Shown: positions 1 to 55,172 of the stretch, piece after piece
Layout: every line of letters starts with the position of its first letter
How positions within the stretch are numbered: position 1 is the stretch's first letter
Source of the DNA: Hydrolagus affinis
Taxonomy: Eukaryota
Reading direction: 5' to 3'
NCBI GenBank assembly: GCA_012026655.1
Contig: JAAILG010001810.1
Span: 1-61,483 of the forward strand
Length of the DNA stretch: 61,483 bases
The notes under the pieces: generated by a model
Databases searched by the model: none
What the model was told of the DNA's origin: nothing
The model's input: only the letters and a program-made list of their open reading frames with translations
Made by a program: the position numbers and the translations under genes

Positions 1-175
1 GCTGAACGGAGGGTCCGGGTGGGCTTGTAGGGGGAGAGTAGAGTGGTTAAATAGGGCGGGGCAAGGCCGTGTAAGGCCTTGAAGGTGAGGACGAGGATCT
101 TGAACTCGATCCTCTGGAGGATGGGGAGCCAGTGGAGACGGGCGAGGGTGGGGGTTATATGGTCGCGGAGGTCAC
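1..175 (-). mobile_element. L2-clade LINE fragment (3' part of ORF2)
   Basis: GC-rich; homologous to 24582-24730 (gctgaacgg...gtgaggacgaggatcttgaa...tcctctgg...agccagtggag). Confidence 0.75.
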
Positions 176-998
176 TAGTCACCTTATTGAATGTTGCCAT
201 GACTAAATGCTACTTCTGGCCATAATTGATTCAATCAGAATGTATTCCATCAGATATTTTTAGTGAAATTCAATGCAGAACTATAATTACACCTACCTGA
301 TATATTAATATTTTCTTTTAATTTTTTAAATACAAATATATTAATGAAGCCATATTTGTATGAAAAGTAAGTATAGTTTAGAAGTGTTACAGTAAACTAC
401 ATTAATAGTGCGGTTGATTTATGCTAGATTTGCATTTTCCTGGCAAAATAGAATACTTTTACTACTCTGTACAAAATAATAGATTTGGCTGAGAGTTAGG
501 CTTTCATTAAAAATTGTATGAAGTAGTATGACACTTGCAATGAAAAAATTAAAAAATGTTTTCTAGACTATATGGTGGATAACTTTCAAAATTGTAACTT
601 TAAATCCATTAGTATATATGGTTATATTGTACATAAATGTCCAAATTGTAAAAATATAGTTTTAAAAAATTCTGTAAAGGTATATTCTTTTATTATGGCA
701 TGAGAAAAGTATCATTCTACATGTGAAAATTTATTTTTTATTTTTTATAGAGTATTAGAAAATGTACACAGATAAATGAAAGTTTGTAATGGGTACACCA
801 AATAATACATGGTTAACACCTGAATTTGGACAGGGTAGACACATTTTCATATGTTCAGAAGGACATTAGACTGATTGTACGTTGATTAACAGAGAAAGAA
901 CTAACTTACATTTTTTGAGTACTGTATATTGTCATATTGAAAAGTTTTGCAGGTAATTGCTGTCATTTATAGTGATCTAAATATATGTATAATACACC

Positions 999-1260
999 TA
1001 ATAATAATAATTCTTGCATTTGATATAGCGCTTTTCACATCTCCTGGATGTCACAAAGTGCTTTATAGCGTATACTGTAAAGTGAATTGACTTGTATATT
1101 TGTGGGCAAAACACAGTAGGCAATTGCGCACAGCGGTGTCGCACAAACAGTAGTAGATTGAGCGACCAAATTATTATTGTTTTTTTTTGAGGGATTATTG
1201 TTAGGCATGCGGAATAAGGAAATTTGCCCAATGTTTCGATCTGGCTGGGAATCGAACCCA
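999..1260 (-). mobile_element. tRNA-derived Deu-type SINE, head truncated
   Basis: (TTA)n tail, stem-loop 3' end, central tgtgcgcaattg core and B-box GGTTCGATTCC on the minus strand. Confidence 0.85.
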
Positions 1261-2586
1261 TAAACATAAATGTTCATATACATAAGCAATGTCTGTGAAC
1301 GTGGTGAATTTGTGGAAGTCCCAAACTGTTTTCAGAGACTATTTTAATGTTTCGGAAGGTGAAAGGTTCATACTTGGCAAGTGTTTTTGCCTCCGTGTAC
1401 CACACTTCACTTTCTTGGATGGATGATGATCGAATTCGCATAAACTACAAAAAGAAATATTGTATCACATTGATATCTATAACAGTTACTTTATCCATAT
1501 CAAGAAAATTGCAACATCCCATTTATTAAGTTAGCAGTACTGTACTGAATACTTTTTTCCATATAAATGTGTGGATGTGAAATAATATTAATGGGCTCAT
1601 ACATTAATAATTAATATATTACAGTGTTATAATTAATATTTGAAAAGCCTGAAATGTATTCACAAAAAAGTGAGTTTTTGATCATCAGATCTTGGTTGAA
1701 GCTAATTCATTTAAATATATGATGACAGAAAGTAGAGGACAGTATATAGCTTAAATAATTGAATCTAATCAGAATGGTAACAATTTGGAATCTTGGATCC
1801 ATTTAAGGTTGATCTATACTTTTTCCAGAAAAAAGGGTTTTGTTAATTAGGATGCAAGTGTATTTGTTTGCTGAATTGAATCTGCCAGAAATGTTGCCAT
1901 TGCCCTAACTTTCTATACAGTGCACACTGAATTATTTATTTTAGATGTCTTCAACTAGTCCCCACTCGGCAGGGCAGTTAGGTCAAGGGGAAACCGCTGT
2001 GTGGGAGAGTGAGCTGACTACGGGACATCTGAGACAGTGGGTGATACAGTATTTTTTTCCTATGTCCAATATATGAAACCGTCTAAATTTAGTTGGGTGG
2101 TTTCATGACTCAGGACTAATATGAATGTCATATTTATTTGCGAATTCCAAAGTCTGTGTCAATACTAAATTAAATATTAGTTGTCGCAAGAATACCACAA
2201 ATGTTTAGAAAATGGACAGTTAGAAGTGCGAAAACAAAGTCATCAAAAGGATATAGTTGCTTAGGCTAATAAACAAATTGGTTTGTATGGGATATAATAA
2301 TTATATGGGATATAAAATACACAGAGGCAGAGAGGTCAGAACCAGAAATTTTCTTTGGAAAGAGAAGCACATTTATTGAGCAAATCCAGAACTGCTTTTT
2401 GGTGTTTTATGAAGTGTTATGAATTAGGTTCTTACTCCATTACATATACGTTAATATCAACAACAATTTTTCATCTCTAGAGTCTTTCATGTCTGGAGGA
2501 CGTCTTAAGATCCTTCACAGAGCTAACTGGGAGGTAAAGTGGGGGAGGTAAGGTGACCAAAAAAAGCACGGTTAAAATGCAAGGTT

Positions 2587-2700
2587 TAACAACAAAATTA
2601 CATTTGTAAAACGCCTTTCACATCTTGATGACATCCCAAGGTGCTGGTGAGATATAAAGGTGGGGAGGCAGGGCGTGAGTTGGGGTGGACCAGGTTGGAG
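2587..2700 (-). mobile_element. L2 3'-end fragment
   Basis: aacaacaaaattacatttgtaaaacgcctttcacatc...cccaagg is the L2 tail seen at 26418 and 61342. Confidence 0.65.
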
Positions 2701-4019
2701 CTCTAGAGAGTGGGGGTAGAAATGGCTGAAAGTTCCCAGCAAACTTTTACCCATTCTGGATACAAAGTCACTGGATACAAAGACAGCCGGTATTCACTGA
2801 GCAAAAGAACCGTCTGAAGCAGTATGATTTGCCGCTGCAACATACACAAGAGAAATCTGCAGAATAATTTCTGTATCTTGTAAACAGTATCAGGGGAACA
2901 TGTAGCAATTCTAAATAATAGTATGATTAAGATATTGTGAATACTTAAGTGGACTATTGGCTATTATGTTGGCTATTAGTTGATCTCAGAGCTGGTGTAA
3001 ACAGGACAAATAATTCAATAAATCTAGGTAGGGAGAGAACAGCAACATGGCATTAGTTTTTTTTTGCAGTCATACTTTTAATGGAAGAAAAGAAGATTTA
3101 AACGTGTGTGTGGCTGAGTCTCAACATGAGACTTTGCAGAAGAGAGATGTTATAGGTTTAGGATATTGCCGAACAAAGATGTGGATTTCCACTGAAGTTT
3201 GTCAACTGGAAGATGACAAAATAAGGGTATTTGTTGACAATTCTTTAAATCAACTTTGGTGTGTTTTTCCAAGTTCATTTTGTTTAAATTTCAAGTCATG
3301 TTGAGTGATTTAGCCAAAAATATATTGTTTTGCCCATTTCTGGGTGCAAATCAGCAGTTGTAAGATACCACCATGATTTTACACAATTGTTGTCTTCGCG
3401 GTATCTTGGCTGTGATGTACTGGTCACGTGAGGAATTAAGGGTGTTAACAATCAGGACATATGAAGGAGATCACCTCAAAGGGTTTTTGTTTATTAATTG
3501 TGCAAGTAGCCTGCAGTGTACAACAAAGGATATTGTGTGCGCATGAGCAATAACTTGGCTCAGCCTATGACCTCTTCACCTTTAGCTGGTGACCTGGCGG
3601 CACTATATAGACCATGACAACTGATTTCAGGATTGTTAAAAGATTTGTTCAGTGGTTCAAAATGTGGCCTTTGACCTCACTGCACAACTCATAAACACAG
3701 ACAAAACATAAATATAATCAGAGACATTGAGCTCAGTTGTAAAGTAAGTATTTGGTTCTCAAGCGTCAAGGATAACTTAATCAGATGATTCACTGATATG
3801 TGCAGAATGCTGCTGTCTGCTGCATAACCTTCACATCCAGAAGTGGACTGCACGCTTGCCTGTACCAGAAGATGAGGTAGCATTGATATGGACAATTCAT
3901 TTAACTAAAATTATTACAAATTTAGTTATGGGAATTTCCAGGGTTAAATAAAAATAATTTGCATTTGTTTAGTAACTAATAAACGAACATCGCATGAGAC
4001 TTCACTATGGATATTGAGA

Positions 4020-4211
4020 TAGAAGCCCGACTCAAGACCCTCCTTTTTGACTGTGCCTTCAGTTGTCCCCCCGCCACCTCTCTGCCCTATCTCATCCCAA
4101 CCTTGCCCCACTGCCCGCCCCCCACACTCGGGTCTTGACTCCTGATTATTCAACACTTTGGGACAACTTCCCAATGTGAAAGGCACTCTACAAATGTAAT
4201 TTTGTTGTTGT
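4020..4211 (+). mobile_element. L2 3'-end fragment
   Basis: ctcaagaccctcctttttgac...ctttgggac...tgtgaaaggcactctacaaatgtaattttgttgttg. Confidence 0.75.
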
Positions 4212-5259
4212 AGAGACAAGTCAAGATAACATGACTAAATAAGTTTGGAGATGAGAAAACATGGCTGACTTCCTATTTTTCAGTACAAAGCTCAGGTTTG
4301 AGGACTATCGATGGACTATCATTTGTTTCTCATTGAATGCTCACCTACTGGTGTTTCAATAAGACCCTAATGTGCACGTGCATCTGGTATCTGTCTGATA
4401 TTGGTCACAGTTACTATTCATAGTTTCTGCTATACGCCTTGCATAGTGCTCTACAGTATAGGTGGTTAAATGTATTCAATGGAAGGAAGAAAGGTACAGC
4501 AGCAGTTTTATGTTAGAAAGGTTGCATATTTTCAGGTGAAAGATAATGTATCTGAAGCATAATCCCTGACTATTCAGCACCTTGGGACACCATCCCAATG
4601 TGTAAGAGGCTGTAAAAATGTAATTTTGTATTGTATATAATTCTGAGTTATGCTGTCTTTTACATTGTAGGTGAAGCTTTGTATCATTTAGGATGGGGTA
4701 GGCAACTTGACACTTACTGGATTTCTTATAGACATACCATTTTGGCAGTTGAAAGCTTTTTTTTGTTAGCTAGGAAACATTTTCTCTAATGACAACTTGT
4801 TCATTTGGATGATGGTTTTCAATGAGTTTATGTATTATCCTCATAGCCATGGTTGGTTTATTGACAAAGGGGGCACCAAGATTGTTTGCTCCGTGGACAT
4901 GAATAACACTGTTGTTCATTAATAGCCACAGACAAATTTACTATCAATACTTCTGGATTACAAGACAAAAGTTTATATTGTTGGGATGGTGGTGGGGAGA
5001 AAAGCCAAAAGGTTTATTTTGCTGAGATTAAATTATTGCAACTGAATTTTAGGATAGATTAACTTCCGGTAGGATATTGTCTACAAAATATATAGTTATT
5101 ACACTTTACAGTAATCCTGTTGAAGTGCTTTGAGACATCTTCCTGACAACAACAATAAATTGCTTTTCACATCAGGAAGGATCCCAAGATGTTAGAAGTA
5201 CAGTACTTTGAAAGTGAAAGTTTTGTGAAAGAAGCTATATCAAATACAAAGGCTTTTCA

Positions 5260-5372
5260 TGCCCACAAACTATATCGTGCATTCACTTTATGGCAAATTC
5301 TGTGAAGCACATTGAGACGTCTCGAAGATGTGATAAGGTGCTATATCAAATGTAAGGATTACTATTATTATT
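5260..5372 (+). mobile_element. SINE 3' fragment
   Basis: cccacaaa...ttctgtgaagcac...gctatatcaaatgtaaggattactattatt. Confidence 0.75.
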
Positions 5373-6690
5373 CAACTGCAATTTGTTATTGCTGTTAGGA
5401 TGATGCCTCAAAGCACTTCCACAGGATTACTGTAAAGTGTAATGTTTTGTAGGTAAACATAAATATGCATTGTTTTGCTAACTGGAAATTGCCATAGAAG
5501 ATGCTTGCCTTGCATGAAAAATGACTTTTAAAAGCTAAAGCCGAATCCGCGGAATTTCTTTTCCATCATTCCATTCAGGTTTTTGAGTTGGTGTGAACCT
5601 TCAATCTGAGTTCGACAAAAAATAATAGTCATCAATATTATTCAAACTTCTGGAAAGCCATAGTTCTAGGAACTGTTCTTTCTGGGTTGAATTGCTTTGG
5701 ATATCAAAGGGATTGAAGGTATGTAGGTTCAGCGATTGTAGCTTCTAAACCTGAAGTGAACATCCACCGGGAGAGATGACTTAACCAGGCTGCTGATATT
5801 TTACTATTTAGAATTGTTGCATACCGTAAATAATAAAGTTGGCTGATTTGTTGGATTTCTCTGAAACTACTTAAAATAATAATCCAAGTTGATTAATTCC
5901 ACTGTGAGAATTTGTTTCCCTATGTTGTGAATGCAGTACTTCACAGTGGCATTTAGAAAAAACATGATTTTCAGGCACACCACAAGCAAAAAATGCCATT
6001 TCTTGAATAATATAGAATTGAACCAAAGCAAACCTATCGGAGTTCTTGTTCTTGATCAGCTATATGGAGTTTTCTCTAGATAAATTACTGTATATTGCAA
6101 TGGAAGGTGGCCATTTTTTTGGTTGTGTGCCAAGGCTCATAGGTTTAAAAAAAAGGTCACTTTGGAGAGGTAGTTGGGCCAAGTGATAAGGGGAAGGAAA
6201 CAAATAGGATAAATTGTCTAATCAGTTCTCATTAGACAAACATGGAATTGTCTCTGATAAGTGCATTTGATTACCGTTTACGCTAATTTTTACCAAGTCC
6301 CATTGATTCTCAAATCAATTCACCAGGCTTGAGCTTTCAAAACCAGTTTGCCTTGCTCTCCTGGTCTTCAAGAATCTAAAAACATGTCTTCTACTGTACG
6401 TTTGGTCATTTTGGTCATTGTTTAAATGGATGGAGTCCATCACTACATTTCTCAAGCTTACTGAAATGTTCCTTCATGTGAAATGGCCTACACCAATACA
6501 AGTTATATTGTTTGATGGTAGAGCTATTTCTCGGTTATGTATACCTTTGTGTTTTTATGTCTTCCATTAAAAGTCGGATCTCTGTCTTCAAAGTAGCAAA
6601 GAGGCTTGATATGTGGAGAAGATAGAAGTTTTGTATCTGCCATCTAACTGCTACAACTGAAATAATATCTCAATTGTGAGGACATAAATT

Positions 6691-6706
6691 CCACCAGATG
6701 GCGCCA
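6691..6706 (+). promoter_or_regulatory. Candidate CTCF binding site
   Basis: CCACCAGATGGCGCCA is a near-consensus CTCF core in AT-rich intron. Confidence 0.5.
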
Positions 6707-6773
6707 TATCTACATAGGTCTCTGGAGAGCCTTTTATAATACAATATTTGCTTGTAAAGGGATTACTGTAATG

Positions 6774-6950
6774 AATAATAATAATGCTTGGATTTTGATA
6801 TTGCACCTTTCACGTCTTCTAGACATATCAAAGCACTTCATAGAATATACTGTAAAGTGAATTGACTATTTTTTGTGGGCGAAATGCAGCAGCAATTTCA
6901 CACAGCAATGCCTCATAGTCGTGGGCTGAAATGACCAATTTATTATTATA
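6774..6950 (-). mobile_element. SINE 3' half
   Basis: Same family as 999-1260 (tail plus Deu core). Confidence 0.8.
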
Positions 6951-7789
6951 TTAATCAATTATATATCAATTATATATGTATATAATTGATTTTTGCATGA
7001 TTCCCCAGTAGATTGTGAAAAATGAAGGAAACTAGACGTGAAAAATAATTAAACAACATTGTTTTCAGATGCCTTTAATTCCAGGATATGCATTATGCTT
7101 AATCTGATAATCATAATCTGGGAGATGCAATAACAAATTACATTTGTATAGCACCTTTCATGTCAGGAGGATGTTCCAAGGTGCTGGATACAGGCATAGT
7201 CTACAATTCTATTGAATTTGGAATCTCAATAGAATTATACTGTACTAAGATTCATCAGATTTCTGATAATTGCATATTTTGTCACAATCCCAAAATAACT
7301 GATTGTTTTGGCCAATGTACCAGCCACATTGCCAAAATTACAACTATTTTAAAATCAGATTTTTAAAATATTATCAAACTGCAAGATGTGCTGTTTAAAT
7401 TTCGAATAGCTCCAGAAATATTCAATTAAAATTTCAGATCTAATTATGCCTTTATTTACATTAAATCATAGTGTTTATGCACAACATTGTGCATTTGTAT
7501 AACGTGCTTTGCTCAGGGTAGTGTCTATCCTAGTCAAAATCTTCACTTTGATTGTGTAGTGTTCTAAATATTGTCTGTTTTTTGTAGCTTGATAAAATTT
7601 GTTTTATCTTTTGTAAAACTGATGCACTGGAAATAATTATGTGATTAGTAATGATTACCTCTTTCCACAACTGAGTTGATTTTCAATTATAATCTGAACC
7701 TGATTGTGTTTCAATTAAAATCTTTAGAACAGCTGCCTTTTATTTCATTAACATAGAGTATTGAGAATGTCATGTTTCATTTGATAATT

Positions 7790-7808
7790 TTCTTTAATTC
7801 CACTGCAC
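7790..7808 (+). other. U12-type (minor spliceosome) branch point and AC 3' splice site
   Basis: TTCTTTAAT (U12 branch consensus TTCCTTAAC) lies about 10 nt before ...CTGCAC|ATAAAGAT. There is no AG in the preceding ~40 nt. Confidence 0.8.
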
Positions 7809-50579
<42,771 letters not shown>

Positions 50580-50650
50580 TGCTCACCTGGACAGAAGAAC
50601 ATATAAGCTCTTCAAAGCACCATCATTGTTTTTGTAAGAAATGCATCTCA

Positions 50651-50656
50651 AATAAA
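50651..50656 (+). terminator. Candidate IFT80 polyadenylation signal AATAAA (another at 50942-50947)
   Basis: First AATAAA, about 70 nt after the stop codon; usage unverified. Confidence 0.35.
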
Positions 50657-51021
50657 TGACTACTTTCTGATACAGCACTATATTATCTTTTTCAATCAAT
50701 TTTGATTCCATTCAATTAAACATGCAATTGTAAAACATTCCTAGAGTGCCATTTTTACAGCAAATATTTATCTTCCGTGTATTGTTCCAGATGTGTGCTT
50801 TATATTCCCCATTAGGTTTAAAGTAAAATGCTGTACTGTACTCTTGAAACAAATGTAATTTACTTCTAAGGTCTGCTTTGTACAACAGCTCATTTTTTTT
50901 AACAACAAACTGTAGTAATACATCTCATCATATCCTATTATAATAAATTAAGTTTGTAAAATGTTACCTGGATATACGCTAAATGCTTTTTAAATTCAAA
51001 GTACATTATATCATCAACATG

Positions 51022-51024
<3 letters not shown>

Positions 51025-51057
<33 letters not shown>
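51025..51057. repeat. (GT)n(AT)n microsatellite
   Basis: gtgtgtgtgtgtgtatatatatatatatatata. Confidence 0.9.
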
Positions 51058-51754
51058 CTGCTTGATTGTTTTGATAGGCTGGTTAGTACAATACCAGATG
51101 GGGACAGTCATGCAGAGGTTTTGGCAAACATTGGGAAAAAATAAATTGTGCTATTAATAGACAATATTTATTGAATGTATTGTGTGAATTATTAACTCCC
51201 AACTTATTTTATGCTTATCTTCAATATAAAAAGCCTATGTTTTTATTACTGTAGCATCTGCACTTTGAAATGTTATACCCCCTCTGGAAATTTGCTTTTA
51301 ACCCTGTAAGGAATATTTTTATGCATACCCTTTACTATATATATATATATATACATATATCTTGTACATAAAATACTTGAAAGCTACTTTTCTTAAAAGA
51401 ATCAACAGTGTTGCTAGTTATAAATTATTAAAGAAGACACAAGAGTACACCATTACACACTACAAATACACGTATATGAGGTCTGCATCTGGATATGTTT
51501 TACACACTTTGATGTAAGAGAATAATATTTTTCATAACCATACTGAAAAGGACCTTGGTTTGGTCAAAGTACTCTGATATTATCCTGATTTTTTTTGTCT
51601 CTGCTTTCTATGTTCTGACAAAATATGCAGGATGAGTGATGTTTATTTTGACCAAATAAAAATTAAATTATGCATTTTAATAGGACATATATTCACACGG
51701 AACATATGTGAATATCTTGGAGAAATGCAGAAAATGAGTAACAATAAGGATAAA

Positions 51755-51868
51755 ATTCGCCCACATATATACAGTCAAATTCACTTTACAGTGTATTCTG
51801 TGAAGCACTTTGAGATGTCTAGAAGATGTGAAAAGCGCTATATCAAATGTCAGAATTATTATTATTAT
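51755..51868 (+). mobile_element. SINE 3' fragment
   Basis: ttcactttacagtgtattctgtgaagcactttgagatgtctagaagatgtgaaaagcgctatatc...(TTA)n. Confidence 0.8.
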
Positions 51869-52349
51869 AAATTGCAACTAAAAATCTATTGAATCAGATA
51901 TGAACAGTCTCACAAGAGGAGAGAATGACATAATTAAATCAAAACATTTGTGTGATACTGTCATTTTATTGATTCATTTTAATGGGTACTTTTAAAAGGG
52001 AAGGTATTTTTATACTCCTCAATGGAAGATGGAAACAACATCTCATGTTTGTCCCACCATAAAAGTGGTTAGGTACCATCCTCAAATTCCCTAAACAGGA
52101 AATTAAGATAACCCATTGTAAATGTATTGAAAATTCATCACACAGCTGGATGAACGTTTAGCTTCATGATTCACCCTGTCAAACCTTTCATTTAAAAAGA
52201 AACGTTAAATATTGCAGATTTGAAATTGGGTGGGTATTGTCCTTTCACCATTAAGATAGAGTTTAGATGCAGCTCTGCCCACTGGCATGAAAGTATCTGG
52301 CTAAGAATCTTATCTGAAATCAGTGCGGACAGTCTTGATACAGTTACAA

Positions 52350-52651
52350 GTAACAATAATACTTGTTTTTGATATAGCACTTTTCACGTCTTCTAGACGT
52401 CTCAAAGCGCTTCACACAGAGTATACGGTAAAGTGAATTGACTATATTTGTGGGTGAAACACGGCAACCAATTGCGCACAACAGTGTCCCACAAACAGTT
52501 GTAGGTTGAACTGACCAATTTTATTATTGTGGACTATTAGGCGTGTGGAGTAAGGAAACTTGGTTAAGGTGTCGCCCTGACCTGCCTTGATTTGAACACA
52601 GGTCTCACGCTTGTAAGGTGAATGCTCTAACCACTGAGCTACAGGACTCCA
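52350..52651 (-). mobile_element. Full-length tRNA-derived SINE
   Basis: Minus strand tggagtcctgtagctcagtggttagagc (A box)...gttcaaatc (B box)...Deu core...tail. Confidence 0.9.
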
Positions 52652-53929
52652 GGTGGGTATGAGCAAACAGCCGGAAACTGCTAGAGAATAATAATATAAT
52701 TTAAGATGCTACACAATTGTCATTCAGAGCAACCAACTCCACAATAAGCAAAAGTTTATAACATCAGCCATCAAACCAGATTTTCTAAGCCATTTCTATA
52801 TTTAAAAAATTCCATTCACGTCAGTTGTTAAAAGCGTGGGTATGATATGTTCCTGAGTTAATCTCAATTATTGTCTTTTTCCATAATCCCCAAATCAGTA
52901 AGTAGCCACAAATACTGGTATTAGACTGTTAGTGTGTACATGTTCATATTTTGTGCCATTTGACAATGAGTGTAATGTTTACGGTAGTTTGAAAATGATT
53001 GGATGAACTGGTGGAATTATTGCAAGTCTAATATCATCTCTGTTAGGGGATGGCACCACCTATGGTTCAAGCAAATAAACGTTTTTGAAATGTGTGAATA
53101 AAGTAGCTCTGCACAGTCAACATGTCAAGATTGTGTCGTGAGAACAACGTAAAGCCCTGAATCTGAATTTAAACGGCGACTCCTCTGCGATCGAGCAAGA
53201 GAGAAGTATATCTGAGGGTTAAGATGAGTTTCCGCGATCACTGTACCAGATGCAGAACAAGCTCTGCTCAGTAACTGCAGCATTAGCGTAAACATGGAGA
53301 TTACACCACGTGGATCGAACAGCACTCCCAGTATCTGCATCTTAAATTATTAGTACTGTACTTACAAACCGCCCACCACTAGGCTTTGATCTGCCCCTTA
53401 AATCCCAAATCTTGCCTGACTGCAACAGATGGGTTAGGCGTACTTTTCCCTTTAGGTTTTAAGACTCAGTTAATCATTGCTTTCACAGTTGACCATTTTT
53501 CCATTGCATTTATGGTAATTCATCATTTTATGCCCCAGGGATTGCAACTGAAACCTTATGCGGAAAATGTTAGCACTGAATATTGGTTTGATGGTCCTTC
53601 TGTATGTTGGCAATTCGACCATTAGCGACCAAAAAGGTATGCACTTTGGTTGCCGTTTCACAGCAATTCACGTTTGATACATTTGCCTGGCTTTTAAAAA
53701 AAAATAAACGGAAAGGTTGTTGAAAGGACGTAATGGACATAATGATTTCAAAATATAATCTGTCAACAAAATATTAGCTTTCTGTCACTAAAACGCCACA
53801 GGCTTGATGGAGCACTCCCTCCACTCCATTTTCCACCTATTGCTGTACTTGCTATTTGCTAGCCCCATGAAGCACACTAATAATAATCGTTGCATTTGAT
53901 ATAGTGCCTTATCACCTGGTCAAGACAAT

Positions 53930-54200
53930 AACAACATCAACAAATTACCTTTGTAAAGTGTTTTGCTTTACCTTTGTAAAGTGTCTTTCCTGGTGGGAGG
54001 GTGTCCCAAAGCACTGGACAGTCAGGGCTTTGGACCTGAGCTGGGGTTTGAGATGAGGGTGTGGGGGGAAAGGTCAATGAAGGTAGTGGTAGGAGTGTGG
54101 CCGAGGTTGCAGTCAAAGAGGAGGGTCTTGAGATGAACCTTGAAGGAGGCAAGGGAGGGAGCGAGGCGAAGGAACTGGGATGGAGTTCCAAAGCGATGTC
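53930..54200 (-). mobile_element. L2 3'-end fragment (flanked by SINE remnants)
   Basis: gtcccaaagcactggacag...gaggagggtcttgag...ggagggagcgaggcgaaggaactggga similar to 24340-24510. Confidence 0.7.
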
Positions 54201-54557
54201 TCAAAGTGCTTCAAGGGATTTATTGGTATGTGGAGTGACAGTTTTGTAGGTGGAAACGCAGCAGCCAGAGAGCCTTAAAGTGAGTGACCAATTCAATTGG
54301 GGAGATGTTTTGGCCAGGACACCAGGAGAGAGAAACTCCGTTGTCTTAACAGCAGCAATGCTTTGGTCATCATCACAGTATGATAGGTGGGAGTGGGGAA
54401 AGGTGGGAATCATGAATCAGGTCCTCATGAAATAATCGGGAACAATATCCTATAGAAACACAGATTTTTAACAGTTTCCTAAGTGACGTTTTTGTTACAC
54501 AAGCTTCCCCTTATGGGATGGATAGTCATGGTTGAGGATGAGGTGACAAAGTGGCTG

Positions 54558-55172
<615 letters not shown>

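Noticed and set aside
7772-7808. In-frame ATG giving N-terminus [12 protein letters not shown] for IFT80
   Set aside because: No similarity to the IFT80 N-terminus (MRLK...PK); it overlaps the U12 branch point and AC acceptor, so it is intronic
52575-52651. tRNA-like sequence with A and B boxes
   Set aside because: It is the SINE head, continuous with the SINE body, with no proper acceptor stem
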